This document shows positions 27,011-40,310 of a stretch of DNA of 64,000 bases, one piece after another; the stretch's first letter is position 1, and every line of letters starts with the position of its first letter. The stretch covers positions 125,777 through 189,776 of the forward strand of contig CAXHJY010001444.1 of the NCBI GenBank assembly GCA_964016885.1. Direction: 5' to 3'. This DNA comes from Eledone cirrhosa (taxonomy: Eukaryota). Below the pieces are notes generated by a model, which saw only the letters and a list, made by a program, of their open reading frames with translations, had not been told where the DNA came from and did not search any database. Both the position numbers and the translations under genes were made by a program.

Positions 27011-30000
27011 AACCTGGGTGCAATCGGGAGTATGTGAAGCCCGTGGAAGAAGTATGCACTATAAAGTTATTAGAAGGGGAAGAATGTAGTATATAATAGA
27101 AGGGAAGGAGAAATGTAAAGCCATAACGAAAAGATGTGTGAGCAATGTAGCCAAATCGTTTGCCGCATAAACAGAGTATTTGCAGTTTAATTTTCGTTTG
27201 GAGCTAATAGTTTGTCAAAGATATATTAACAGCATTCACCAAACCAGAAATTACTTCATGCGATATTCTGCCTCTGAAACTAAATAACCCTGATCTGTCG
27301 AGAAAAATACAGAAAAACACACATACAAAACAAACAAATAGAAAATATTTAGTCAATCATGTTTATTTATCATGGCAAGTTGGAACAGTTTAATTCTCTG
27401 AAGCATTTAAGTAAACGATGGCTCCGCTGCAACCAGTAAATTTACGAGGAAAAGTAACAATGGGAAAAAGCTTTCATATATCCCCGTCTAAATTAGTTAT
27501 ATCAAGTATTTTATTGTATTATTTAAAACATGCCAGCCCTACGATCAAGCTTAACCCGTTCTGAAACAGTAAGTGTACATGCTTTATATGCAATCTACAT
27601 TCTACTTTCATTACAACATGAAGTTCTAAGTTGAATAATAGATTTCGGGTCAATTAATAATGTCTTATATTTTATTTTTTTGTTTATCTGTATATAAAGA
27701 GAAAGATGGGGGAAAAGGTGGGGAGGATAAAATAAAAATAGAAAGGAGAAATAAACGGGAGCAAACTCTAAACGCTCGGTAAAAAGTATGTCTCAACTGC
27801 TCCTCACGGACAAAATAGCGAAAGTATTAGTTAAGTAAAACATGAACTGGAATGTAACAACATTCAATGTCGATTCTTGTGTAAACAGTTTTACTAGAGA
27901 TTCTACAAAAAAATATACCAATGCTTTCTACATACGTAGTAATTAATATTTAACCCTTTTATTTCCATATTTCTAATGAAATACCTTCAAATAAATGGAG
28001 AATTTTGAGGACTTTAGTCATATAACTAATTTTCTTATCGAGCTTGGTCTTAGAACATAACTTAAGAGGTTCTTACATAAAATCATGATGGAAGTGATTT
28101 AGATAAATGTAAACGCTTTAACTCTTTCGTTACTATACTTCTAAGGAAAGAGAATGCCTTTGGTTTTCAAATAACTCTGAAAATAAAAATTCGGAAATAT
28201 TTATTAATTAATATTCTCATTACTAAGCTGATGTTTGGAGCATATAACAACGGTAACTAATTTTAGCGATTCGGAAAGAGATGAAAAGAGCAATAAATAA
28301 AATTAAAATAAAATCCGATCGCTTCAGGGATTCCAGCTCAGAACACTGATTGAAGTGTTCAGTTAAATATAAACACTTAAAATAGTTATTTATCGTCGAA
28401 GCAGAGGCTGTTTCATGTGGTTTGGTATTAAAAAGATTAAAAGACCAAAACAGAAAAGACTTAAATACTGGCTTTTTAAATGTATGCTTAACAGAGACTG
28501 GCAAATGTGTACTTTTGCTATAAATCGATCTTTTCTCAGGTACAAACCATTTCTTTAGAGTGAAAGGGGCATTTGATGACATCGATCATCATTATGTTAA
28601 TAATTTTTTCATCGAAATCGAAAACAAAAACAAGATGGGATTGTCAAAAGTGTAATGAAGGAGGGCTCCATGCGTGTATTCCAGTTGTTTGATCACCGAA
28701 ACAGCCAACTCGTAAAACTAATAGGCAAGTATTCCAGTCACATGAATCGTTAACGTATTTCTCAGGGAGATTCAGCGTGGCAGTGTAACTTGTAGCTGGA
28801 ATTACAGAATCTTCCTGTTAAAGGTACATATATCTGCATTATTTTCAGTCACTTGCACCGAGCAGGCTGTTTCGTCGATTTAAAAAGGAACATTCACCAT
28901 CGAAGCTGACGTAGGTACATTCCAAAAGCAAAATAGTAGCGAACTCGTACTGTGTAAATTATGTCAAATTATTTATTTGAACAATTACTCTTTCGTTGCC
29001 AATCCTTTAATAGATTTAAAGAAGCATATACATTTTACTTGGAAATTAATTGAAAAGCCTAAATTATACTTGCATTTGCTTATTACAATTGAATGCATGA
29101 AATTCATGATTATTCTGTTTTTTTGTTCAATCCCGAGCTGGAGGATATTTTTATACGGTTTCTAATTTAGGTGCAAGGTTGACAGTTAGGGAGACAAGCA
29201 AATCAATTACATTAACCTCAGTACTTTAAGACAATGTTGACATCGGTAGGATTAGAACTCAGAATGTAAAAAGCCGGATCAAATAAATTTAAAAAAAAAC
29301 ATTTCTTACGATGCTCTAACGCGTCTACCAACCCATAGAATTCAAATAAAATTTAATATCCTTTCAAAAATTTGCTATATTTTTCAGCAGATAATTTTAC
29401 AATCGGTTTGCAGAAATTATTGTTATATGGTATTAGTTGTTCTACATGAAGCTTGAAAATCACCTATTTTATATCGATTCAGCTCTTAAGAGCCCTCGAA
29501 ATGTTTGTGCCTAATTTCAAAAATAAATAAAATTTAATTTCAATTCTTTATCAAATCTCCCACTTTCTTTCATCTTTATCTGATACACTCTATTCTCATT
29601 TCATTGTATTTCCAGGGCATCTTTTTCCTAATTATCCTTAGCCATTTTCATCATTTCAAACATCTTCTGTCTATTTTTCGCCTCGCTTTTTCTCACCCAT
29701 TGTATAGTTTCGTTACATTTTCTCTATTTTTTTCCTATATTTTGCTCTCTTTTAAAATTGTTTTCTCGTCCTCTACCTTTTCTCTCTTCTTTGTTTCCTC
29801 TTAAATATAACAGACAAACTATAGAATGCCAATGCTGTCATGCCATATAACAAAGTGAGGTTTAGAATTAAGTTAAAATTGCAGTTTCCAAGGTGATGCG
29901 TGAATATATTCTTTTGAAACATATTCTACTAAAATTTAGATACAACTGAATATATGGACAGCTCCATTTGCATTATACAGATAAGCAATATAGATTTATC

Positions 30001-30201
30001 AATAGCAAGGCTGAATATGTTAACTGTGTTATGAATTTATACATTTCAAAATAATATTTTATGAGCCAGCAGGTGAGTATTTATGTGGTCTCTCCATTTG
30101 CTCGAAACAGCAACCAATGTAGTTATTCGCTGTTTGTGGTACTACCTTATTTTAAATATATATATATAGAGAGAGAAGTAGTTCTACAACAGTTAGTTCA
30201 C

Positions 30202-30280
30202 CATACCGGGAACAAATGTTTCACCTTATCCGGATCCTCAGCTCGGGATCCGAATAAGGTGAAACATCTGTTCCCGGTAT
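30202..30280. repeat. ~80-bp palindrome with hammerhead-like core
   Basis: ATACCGGGAACAAATGTTTCACCTTATCCGGATCC / GGATCCGAATAAGGTGAAACATCTGTTCCCGGTAT. The minus strand of the left arm reads CTGAGGA TCCGGATAAGGT GAAAC ATTT GTT. Confidence 0.75.
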
Positions 30281-30362
30281 ATTTATATCTGTATTTTTAA
30301 CCGTTGGTCAATCAATGATAAACATTGATTGGCAAATAAATTAACAATGGAGATATAAAAGA

Positions 30363-33300
30363 ACTTCTTGGTTGTCCATCGTAAACGATGATGACATCTT
30401 CTCTATTTTAGTTCCCGTCTGCCATGGGCACGAATGTGACTGTGGAGGCCGATACTTGACTTGCAGGTCTGGGGACAGTAGGGGCAGGGGAAGAGCCCAG
30501 AGTCGCTTGGGGCATCTGTTGGTGCCTTTCTCCTTCTTTCACGGGCCTCGGTGATCTCTGCCCGTCTCTTCTCTTCAAAAGAGCCTTTGGCGCGTCTGGT
30601 AAGGGCTCGCCACTCAGTCCTGTCCTGAGCATGAGACTCGAGTTGTTTTCGCGCGATTCCAGTTTTTTCACGCAGTCTTTGAACCTCTTGAAAGGCCTGC
30701 CCCGCTTTCGTTTCCCCGAACAGAGTTACCCATACATCAGTCGCTTCGGAAGCCTGTGATCATCCATCCGGGTGACAAGTCCCACCCATCGAAGTTGGTT
30801 CTTCAGTATCATAGCTTCGACACTGGTTGTCTCATCCATGTCAAGAACTTCCATGTTGGAGAACTTGTCCTGCTATTTGATGTTCATGATTGACCGCAGG
30901 CTGCGCATGTGGAAACGTTCCAGCTGCTTCAGGTGCTTTGTGCTTTCCGTACAGGGTCCATGTCTCACATCCGTAGAGGAGGGTGGTGAGAACAACGGCC
31001 CTGTACACCTTCAGCTTGGTGGACTGCCTGATGTTGCGCTGGTTCAGGACGCGTGTCCTCAGGCGGCCGAGGGCTTGACTGGTCTTGCAGATTCTGGCTT
31101 TTATCTCCTTGTCGAGGCTTCCATCGCTGCTGATAACACTGCCGAGGTACTTGAAGTCGTCCACCGCCTTTAGCTGGATGCCTGAGATGGAAGGAGGGTG
31201 GGCGACGGAGACAGGTGCAGGCTGGAACAGGACCTCAGTCTTGCCAAGGCTAATTGTGAGACCGAAGAGGCAGGAGGCCTCTGCAAACTTGTTGACGATG
31301 AGTTGGAGGTCAGACTCCCTGTGGGCCAAGAGGGCACAGTCGTCACCAAAAAGTACCTCCAGGACGATCCTCTGCACGGTCCTTGTCTTGGCCGTCAGGC
31401 GCCGGAGGTTAAACAGGGAGCCGTCCAGTCTGTATCGCAGATACACTCCGTGCTCGAGGTCCCTGACGGATATGATTGAGCACGCAGGTGAAAAACAGGT
31501 TGAAGAAGACGGGATCCAGCACGCATCCTTTCTTGACGCCGTTGGTGATTCCGAACAGCTCCTATGCCTCTCCGCCCGAGCGCACCTGCCAGGTCATGTC
31601 GTCATGGAATAGCCGTATCAGGTTCACAAACTTTGTCGGGCATCCAAACTTCGACAAGATCGACCAGAGGGCTTCCCTGTTGATAGTGTCGAATGCCTTC
31701 GTCAAGTCTATGAAGACGGCAAAGAGGTCCATGTTCTGCTCGACACACTTCTCCAGCACCTGGCGCACAGAGAAGATCATGTCGATCCGGCTGCGGTTTG
31801 GGCGGAGCCCACACTGGGCCTCAGGCAGGTTGTCCTCCGAGATGTTGGCAATGAGGCGGTTGAGCATGACTCCAGCCAGGACCTTCCCAGCGATGGACAG
31901 GAGAGAAATGCCTCGATAGTTTCCACAGTCAGTTTTGCTGCCTTTGTTCTTCCTCCCATATGCTGACGAGAAGGGTGTGGAAGGGCCCCGAGGCAGCTGG
32001 ACCGGCCGACTTGAAGATCTCGTCAGGAATCCCGTCTTTCCCAGGAGCCCTTCCTGAGCTGGTCTCGTTGATTGCCTTCGTGACTTCATCCAACGTGATG
32101 GGGGTGGTCGAGACTGCCGACTATGGGCTTCTGTGGGACCTGGTCGAGGGAGGCAGAGTCGACAGTGGAGGGCCTGTTGAGCAGGTTGCTGAAGTGCTCT
32201 CTCCACGTCGAATTGATGCTACTCTTCTCCTTCAGCAAGATCGAGCCGTCAGCAGACAGCAGCGATGTGGTGACAGGCTTGGGGAATCCGTAGACGTCCC
32301 CGATGGTGCTGAAGAACATCTTGGAGTTCTTTGTGTCAGGGTATCTCTCGACTTCTTCGGCCTTATTTTCCCACCACTTGCCTGCATTCTGCGCAGCGCT
32401 GCTTAGGTCTGCTTCTGGACGCGTTTGAAACGGTCGCGCTTCGAGTTGGAGGAGTTGTCATTCTGCCACTCAATGAAAGCCCTCCCCTTATCGTCCAGGA
32501 GTTGTCTGATGCACTTATTGTTTTCATCAACCCAGTCCTGGTGGACTCTCCCCCTCGGCCCGATGGTTGCCTTGGCTAACTCTGAACTTGGCTGACTTTG
32601 AACTTGGCGACCTGAACTGGTCCCACTGTTGAGTTGGGGTTCCGGTCAGTGGTCCATGGGTAGTCAGCCGGCCGTCCAGCTCTTCCGCAAAAGCATCACG
32701 ATGCTCTGGCTGCTTGAGTCGTGTGACGTCGAAAGCTGGCCTGCAGACTTTCGGAGTCTTGCGATGCGTCGGGGTGATGTACAGTGACAGGATGGTCCTG
32801 ACAAGGCGATGGGCGGTCCAACACTCTGCACCACGCATGGCCCTGGTGAGTCTGACGTCACGGATCTCCCTCCTACGGCATATAGCAAAGTCAATCAGAT
32901 GCACTGTTTGGATCTGGAGTGCATCCATGTCGTCTTGTACTTGTCTGCCTGGCGGAACAGTGTGATGGTGATGGTGAGGTCGTTCTCGGCGCAGAAACTC
33001 AACAGTATGAGGCCGTTAGAGTTCAGCTTCCCTGTGCCGTGAGGTCCCAGTTCGCTTCTCCAGTTGCTGCTGTCAGACCCGACTCTTGCATTGAAGTCCC
33101 CCAGTAGGATGAGTTTATCGCTCGGGGGGACGCCCTTCACGAGTGCGTTGAGTTCCCGGTAGAAAGCCTCCTTTCCTTCATCGCTGCTGGTGAGAGTGAT
33201 GACTGTGACATGCCGAGATGGGCCAAGGGGGAAGCGGAGCTTCATCAGCCGCTCACTCACAGGTGTTGGGAAGTCTGGTAGCTACTTGCAGAGTGAAGTC

Positions 33301-34376
33301 CTGATAACTAGGCCTACCCCGTGGATTCTGTCCTCGTCATTTGCATTGCCCTTCCAGAAGAAGGTGTAGCCTCCTTTCGGTTCTGCTACTGATCTTTCTT
33401 TGGCAAGTCTAGTCTCGCTGAGGGCGGTTATGTCAATCCGGTAGCGAGCTAATTCCCTTGCTATGAGGGCAGTTCTTCTCTCTGGCCTCAAGGAGGTTTC
33501 CCTATGTATGAGGTTGCGCACATTCCATGCGCCATGAATCAAGTTATTCTTTATATTATGTTGCTTTCGACCGCTTGCAAGGGTAAATCCGCCAGCCCCG
33601 GTAGACTGGCCGGCTTTGTGGGGGAACGCGCATTTGGTTAGGGCTCCTTTTTATCGTCCCTCCCCTCGTGCGTGAGTGAGCAGTGCTCCCCTGAAAAGGA
33701 CTGCTCAGTCGCAAGTGGAATGCCTGATCTCTGTCATCCCAGGGTCAGGAGGAGAACGACTTGCGCATCCAGGCCGCGCACGTGTATGTTTGAGACTGGC
33801 AACTCTCAGATGTTACCTCCACCTGTAACCCCCGCCTCTCGTCCATCGCCGTATGGCTTTGGGAGTGCACGCTAAAGAAGAAACCTGTGCGGGAAAGATT
33901 TATAGTGGGTGGGCCAGTACACAGTGACGGTCCCACTCACTCGGCCGCAGAATCCAGAATCCGGTGGTACGGAGGACCGTCATGACCAGGGACTTCCTTG
34001 GCTGCAGTGGATGGCCACGACGTCTGTAGTGCCTTGTTGAGCCCTAACGCTCCACACTGCTTGCTGTCGCGGCCTTCGTGACTGTTGGTACGATGTTGTT
34101 CTCCTCCACTCACTCCGCCGGGTCCTGTCTTCGCATGCAGGGGCAGGCATCCCCTATCTAACTCACCGGGGGGTTTCAAACCCGTCCGGCTACTCTCAAC
34201 GTGGTTCGGTCCGCCAGCCAAGGCGGTTTACCAGGGTGTGGCCGTTGTCGCATGCTACAGTTTCTTGGGGTCACAGGTGAGAGCTGAGTGTCAGGTGGGA
34301 CCCAACAGGACGAGATGTCCTGAAAAGGGCATGGCTAGCCCCACCTACAGAGGTACAAGCCCCTCCCTGACACCCC
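30363..34376 (-). mobile_element. Near full-length decayed RTE-clade LINE (APE endonuclease plus RT)
   Basis: APE motifs GAWNVRNL, ALSETRL, GYTFFWKG, LGDFNARVG, TTWMH. RT motifs NYRGISLLSIAGK, LPEAQCG, FIDLTKAFD, LFGDD, FKYLGS, LLYGCETW. About 830-bp 5' UTR, many frameshifts, much more GC-rich than flanks. Confidence 0.95.
34193..34376 (-). ncRNA. HDV-like ribozyme fold (partly decayed) at the RTE 5' end
   Basis: Minus strand: P1 GGGGTGT/ACACCCT (G1-U wobble), long J1/2, P2 CTCTCA../..TGAGAG, P3 GAC/GCC (one mismatch), P1.1 CC/GG, P4 CCGCC/GGCGG, J4/2 CGAA. G1 lies at the element boundary. Confidence 0.55.
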
Positions 34377-34838
34377 AGGCATACACATACGTATATACAT
34401 ACACATACATATTTACACATTTTTGGAAGGCCGTTGACTCTTATCAGTTCTTCCGCCCTTTGTCAGGTTTATTTTTTGTCGTGCACGGTGTCCAAAATCA
34501 CCCTCCTCACCAAGTAAACTTGGTGGGGTTGCCAGTTTAGTCGCTGACGATCCGACCATGTGACAGGTTGTACTGGTTTACATGTTACCAGTAGCACTTA
34601 AGAGTGACCTGACACTAAAAGATACAGAATAAGATATACAAGATACAGACGCGAAAACCAACCAAACAGTGAGTGTGTTCTGTTATTATTTCTGGCAATA
34701 TTATTACAACAATATGACTCTCCCCAAGTATAACAATATATATATATATATATATACCCCACTCTCAAGCGTGAAACTAATAATAATATCATTTGTACTG
34801 CCTCTTCGTTTTTCTGTTCTCTGTTTACTTTAAAAAAA

Positions 34839-34873
<35 letters not shown>

Positions 34874-35883
34874 TATATGTATGTCTACTACATTTCTACT
34901 GTGACTTTTCTTCTGTGAATTATGTTCCTAGATTCAAGTCACTGAATGCTGCTATCTGATAAGACATCTTGTGCATATACGAAGTTAAATAATGACCAAA
35001 TAATCTTGTATGTTTAGTACCAATTTGGTAGTAGATAAAGAGTATCCTTAATATTCGATTCTATATGCAATTAAAAGCACATCCCTACATATTAATTTTT
35101 ACTTTTCTTTTACTGCTTAGTTAATTGACTGGAACCATGCTAGCACCGCATTGAAGGGATTTAGTCAATCACATTGATCCTAGTATTTATTTAATCGTCT
35201 GGTACTTGTTTTGCCGATCTCGTTTATGTTTAACTACTACTTTATACGACGCACATACAGACAAGAGACGAAGTTTTGCACATTTTTTTAAAGACCAAAT
35301 TTTACTGAACGTGTTGGACCTTAATAAAATATACGAAGTGTCACACAGTGTACCTTAACCCGAAACTGAAATAATGTGAAGCGAACACCTTAACCACGCC
35401 GTCATACCTGTGCCTGATGTTTAGATATAAATAGAGTTACGTGATTCGAAATTCCGCTCTTATAAATGACGTTCAAAGATTAATATAGTTCATTCTAGAA
35501 AAAAGCCGTTTTTAATGCAAATATTTTCTAGGGTGATTTGTACAGTTAATTAAGTAATTAGATGGAAAGTGAGGATAGCTTGCAAACATAAGAGAAAGTT
35601 TAAGCTAGCAATGTGGGATACATATAAAAACATTTCCATGTAAAATTAACTATTAGTTCCTCATTAATAGATATTGTCTGAGGATAAACAAATTTCTAAT
35701 TAGATATTTGGAGTTGGTCCACATTTCTGAAAACATGTCTAAGTGGCTGGGCGTTCCTCTGATACATGCATACCCTTAACTTAAATACCAGGGAGATTCA
35801 GTGTGACAGTGAATGACTAGTCTGCCCGTTTGAATTACAAGTACAATCCATTCAACGAGCTTCTAATCATTTTCCGTCTACAG

Positions 35884-36174
35884 TAGAGGTTCTCAGTTTT
35901 GGGGCCACATAATACCCTCAGTCCCCCCTCACCCTTATTTCCAGAGAGACCTACCAACACACAAATTGTAAGTAATATATAATAAACTAAATCGTTAATT
36001 TATATGTAATAAATAATATAATATTTATAAATAAACATTATATATTTTTTATTTTACTATATTTATATATATGGTATAATATTTGATATTAATATACTAT
36101 TATATCATCTCTAGCAACCCCTGGACCTTCTCAACTCCCCCAGGTTGGGGTAGCGCCCACTTTGAGAACCTCTA
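35884..36174. mobile_element. hAT-type MITE
   Basis: 12-bp TIR TAGAGGTTCTCA/TGAGAACCTCTA; 8-bp TSD GTCTACAG/GGCTACAG (1 mismatch); AT-rich interior. Confidence 0.8.
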
Positions 36175-38511
36175 GGCTACAGTTTCTTTGATATGGCTTC
36201 GGTCAACCCAAGTTTGTCATAAATGTCACTTTCCCAAGATGTTACGCGTTTGGGATCAAACACGGGCCCTTTGTGGGTGATGTAATCTTCTTAACCCTTT
36301 GGCTATGGGGCTCCCAATCTCAATTAGTATATGTGAGTGAATCCCATTAGTTTCTTCGTTGTGAAGGTCCGTGTTTCAGTGGTTATTGTTCGTCTTACCA
36401 TTGCAAAGTAATGAGAGTTCGGTTCCCCGTTGCACATTGTTTCCTTGAACAAGGCAATGTATTTTGAGATGGTTCAATCCATCACAGCTCATACACTGCG
36501 TCATACTAAATCTCCCTCTGAGAACTACATTAATTTCACGAGCTAGCTGTTCAGTTGGCCGAGCATCTAGAGCAATCAAAGTCGGAAGCGACGGAGGTCC
36601 AAATTGTCTTCTTTATATTGGAACCAGTTGGAAAACAAGCAATTTATTTCAAACCATGTGGATGTATTTCAGTCAAATTGTAATTAATCTGTAAGACAAG
36701 TGAGAAGCATAGAAATTTTAAACCGCTATATTTGAGAAAATCAAGAATAGATTCTCCCAAAGGAATTTCAAAATAAATATTTTAGACGTGTACCGAGAAC
36801 ACATTAAATTTTAAAATGCCATTGTGCATGATGTATGACAAACGCTTTAGTTTCCAGTGTACACGAAACGTAAGACATCGCATGTCATCATGGCACCAGT
36901 AACATGATTGCATATATTTTATTAAGGAAATGTTCCACTAAATAATACTATGGATATAATTAACAAATATCTATGGTGCATCACAGCCCACATATTTGTT
37001 TCTTTCTAATCACTGCATGTTTCATTAGTGCAATGATTTTTTAAAATCTAATAGCCTAAATGTAATTTATACATTAAAATGTTATATATATTATAGACGC
37101 AGACATGGTTGTGTGGTTAAATTAGCTACGCAATTCGGGTTCATTGTCACTAAGGGATACCTTAGGCAATTATCTTCTAGAGCCACGGGTTGACCATTGC
37201 GTTGTGAGAAAACGTTAATAGACGTGTGTGTGTCGTAATTTAGTGGTTCGACAAAAAGTGTCTGACTACTACTGGGTCGATATGATGAATAAATCACATT
37301 ACGTGGCAATATAAATGTCTTTTTACAGAAGCTAATGACATTACTTTGCATTTAGTTATAGAAATAATACATTCCGTTATGATTTAATACAGGAAATATG
37401 TTTTATAAGGCACCACATGCTAGATATGTGAGTATGTCTGCGTGTGAGTATACATGCGTTCGTGTGTGTGTTTTTACCTATTCATGTTTAAATGTTGTGA
37501 CGTATGTTGGTTAATACATACACCACTCTACAGATGATACTATCGGCAGATAGTATCATCGTTGGAAAGACAATTGGAAACATTTTTTCTTTGGTCTGAT
37601 CTGATTCTTTTCTTTAATACATACATTTTCGTCTCATTTTAGACGTCGGATTAAAATGCCTCGGTATTTATTCTGAGTTCAAACCTTAAAGAGGTCAACT
37701 TTGCCTTCCATCTTTTCGAAGTCGTTAGATAGAGTACTATTCCAGTACTGGGACCGATTTTTTTTTTTCTCGCCACCTCTGCAAGAAATCGGCTGTCTCT
37801 CGATCTGGAGAGTGTGGGCTCCACTAGGTTTTAAATGCCGAAGACACTCAGTGTGTCATAATGACGCTCCTAAGAGTCCACCAGGAGTTGAAAGCCCTCA
37901 TCTTCTAGTCTCTTTATACTCTAGTCCCCGTTTAAATATGTAACATAATTTGGAGATTGAAGCTAAATTTGTTTTATTGAATTTTAGGAGAAATGCCTTT
38001 AGGAGAAAATATTATATTTTATTATATGAACACATTTGTTTAGCATATAATATCAGTAATTGTGTCCTTTAACTGTAAATAATGGTACAACAGTTTTTCC
38101 TATCACACTCTCCCCTTCCCCCTTTTTTCTGTGGCCCTAGAGTCCTTGCGTTTCCTATCCTTTTCTTCTCATTTATAGTCCTTCTACTTTCCATTTCTGT
38201 CCTTTTTTACACTTTCCCCATTATCTCATTACTTAATTTTGCTTTTATCTTTTTCATATTTATGTAATCAACAATGGTTTTTAAGCCAAATTTGTGAATA
38301 TTTGTAATATTATTTATACAACTGAATAATGCAATATATTATATCGGAACCAAAATCTAAAATTTGTATTTAGAATTCATGGAATACAAATGTAAAATCA
38401 AAGAAAGGTGTGTAGTGGGTAATTATTTAAAATGTTTTCATTCATATTAGTTATCAGCGTGCTCTGTCAGTGTTGTCTATTTCTGTTTTATATCTCTGTA
38501 TGTATGTGTGT

Positions 38512-38552
<41 letters not shown>

Positions 38553-39897
38553 CGTGGACCCCCCCCCAATCACCACAAGGCTTTATAAACAAAATGGGGA
38601 TATTAGTCAATTTACCAATTACATATATAATTGAGCTGTACATTCTAATTGTAATTATTTATATCTAGGCCGAGTAGACCAGTAATCCCTCGTCCCCAAT
38701 TTCTTTCATGATATGAAAACCAAATATTGAAGAAACATAAAATAATCTCTTAAAATTGATACTTCACAATACAAACGCCAAATGTTGCCAAGAGACATAA
38801 AGGACCCTTAATGTTGAGCCTTCACGATACTAACACATATTACAGAGATTTATAAAGAACCTTAAACTTGATATTTCCCGATACATTTCTTTAACATTAC
38901 TCAAACCTCTAAAGATACATAAATTCATAATAGAAAGAATCTACATGAATACCTTTCTTTTATTTTACTTTATAAAAATAAAACTATAACTATATCATTT
39001 CAATAAAAAAACAAACATTCAAGTAGAAACTTTACAGGGTCATGAAAAATACACAAAGATTTTTGACAAACCTTTAAGGCACACCTATTTTCTTGAACTC
39101 TAAATATATTCGATCAAAGGAACTGTCTGTTCGTGAAATTAATCTACAAGTGGCTGAGCATTACACATAGATTCACAGTATGTGATAAGCCAGACGCTTT
39201 AAGACAATATCTTATGCCATCACGGCAGTCACATGACTGCATGATATTTTCTTAGCGTGTAAGGGGCTAAGTATTAGACTGATAACATATTTTTGCCAGT
39301 TTAGAGGACTGGAGTAATGTGAAATAAAGGGTCATGCGCGAGGGCAAAACGTAAAACTTGTAATCGAAAGCACGACCTTATGATTATTAGGTGTACATCC
39401 GCCTTCACAGGATTTTAATAGCATGTTTTTGTAATCACCATTAACACTGAATTGTATGACTAAAGCTCTAAGATTGGATTTTTGAGATGTTTTTTGACAG
39501 GAAACCTAATAGTGGTGTTATCATGTTATCTCATTAATGAACGCCTTCATCTTAAGCTGAATCGATGGATTTTAGCTGCATTAGTTTCGTGTTACACGCA
39601 TACACATAGGAGCAGACATGGCTTTGAGTTTAAGGCGCTCGCTTCACAACCTTGTGGGTGTGGGTTCTATCCCACTGCGTGGCACAATGTATGCCTGCTA
39701 CTATAGTATCGGGTTCACCAATGTCATGTGAGCGGAATTTGGTAGATGGAAACTGTGTGGACATCTGCCGTATGTGGAAAGAAGCGTATATGGAAATATA
39801 GACCTTATGTTTATGCGTAATAATCATACATATAGCGTCCTGTTGATATTTTACGATGTCATCTTATCACAATTACTTCAGTAACCATGTAAGAAAG

Positions 39898-39941
<44 letters not shown>

Positions 39942-40081
39942 CAAGATTTTTTATTTATCTTCAGCGAAAGCATACTTAATATGGTACTATGCAGAGAAAT
40001 CAATAGCATCTTATATATAGGCTCTGTGTGCGTGTGTATATATACATGTATATAAATTCCAATTATGACTCATTTACATAT

Positions 40082-40310
40082 AATTGTTTCTACTTTTAGC
40101 ACAAGGCCAGCAATTCAACAGTGCATTACTGGTACTTTATTTTATCGGCCCCGTAAGGATGAAAGGCAAAGATAACCTCGGCGAGATTTTACACATAATG
40201 CAAGCTTCATATGTTAGTATTAATTGCCTTTCATCCTTCCGGGGTCGATAAAATAAAGTACCAGTAATGCACTGGGTAATTGCTGGCCTTGTGCCAAAAG
40301 TTGAAACAAT
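40082..40310. mobile_element. Inverted pair of partial SINE family A copies
   Basis: 40082-40188 (minus) and 40224-40310 (plus). Confidence 0.85.

Noticed and set aside
30772-34540. Plus-strand ORFs over the RTE
   Set aside because: Antisense shadows of a GC-rich LINE with no recognisable motifs.
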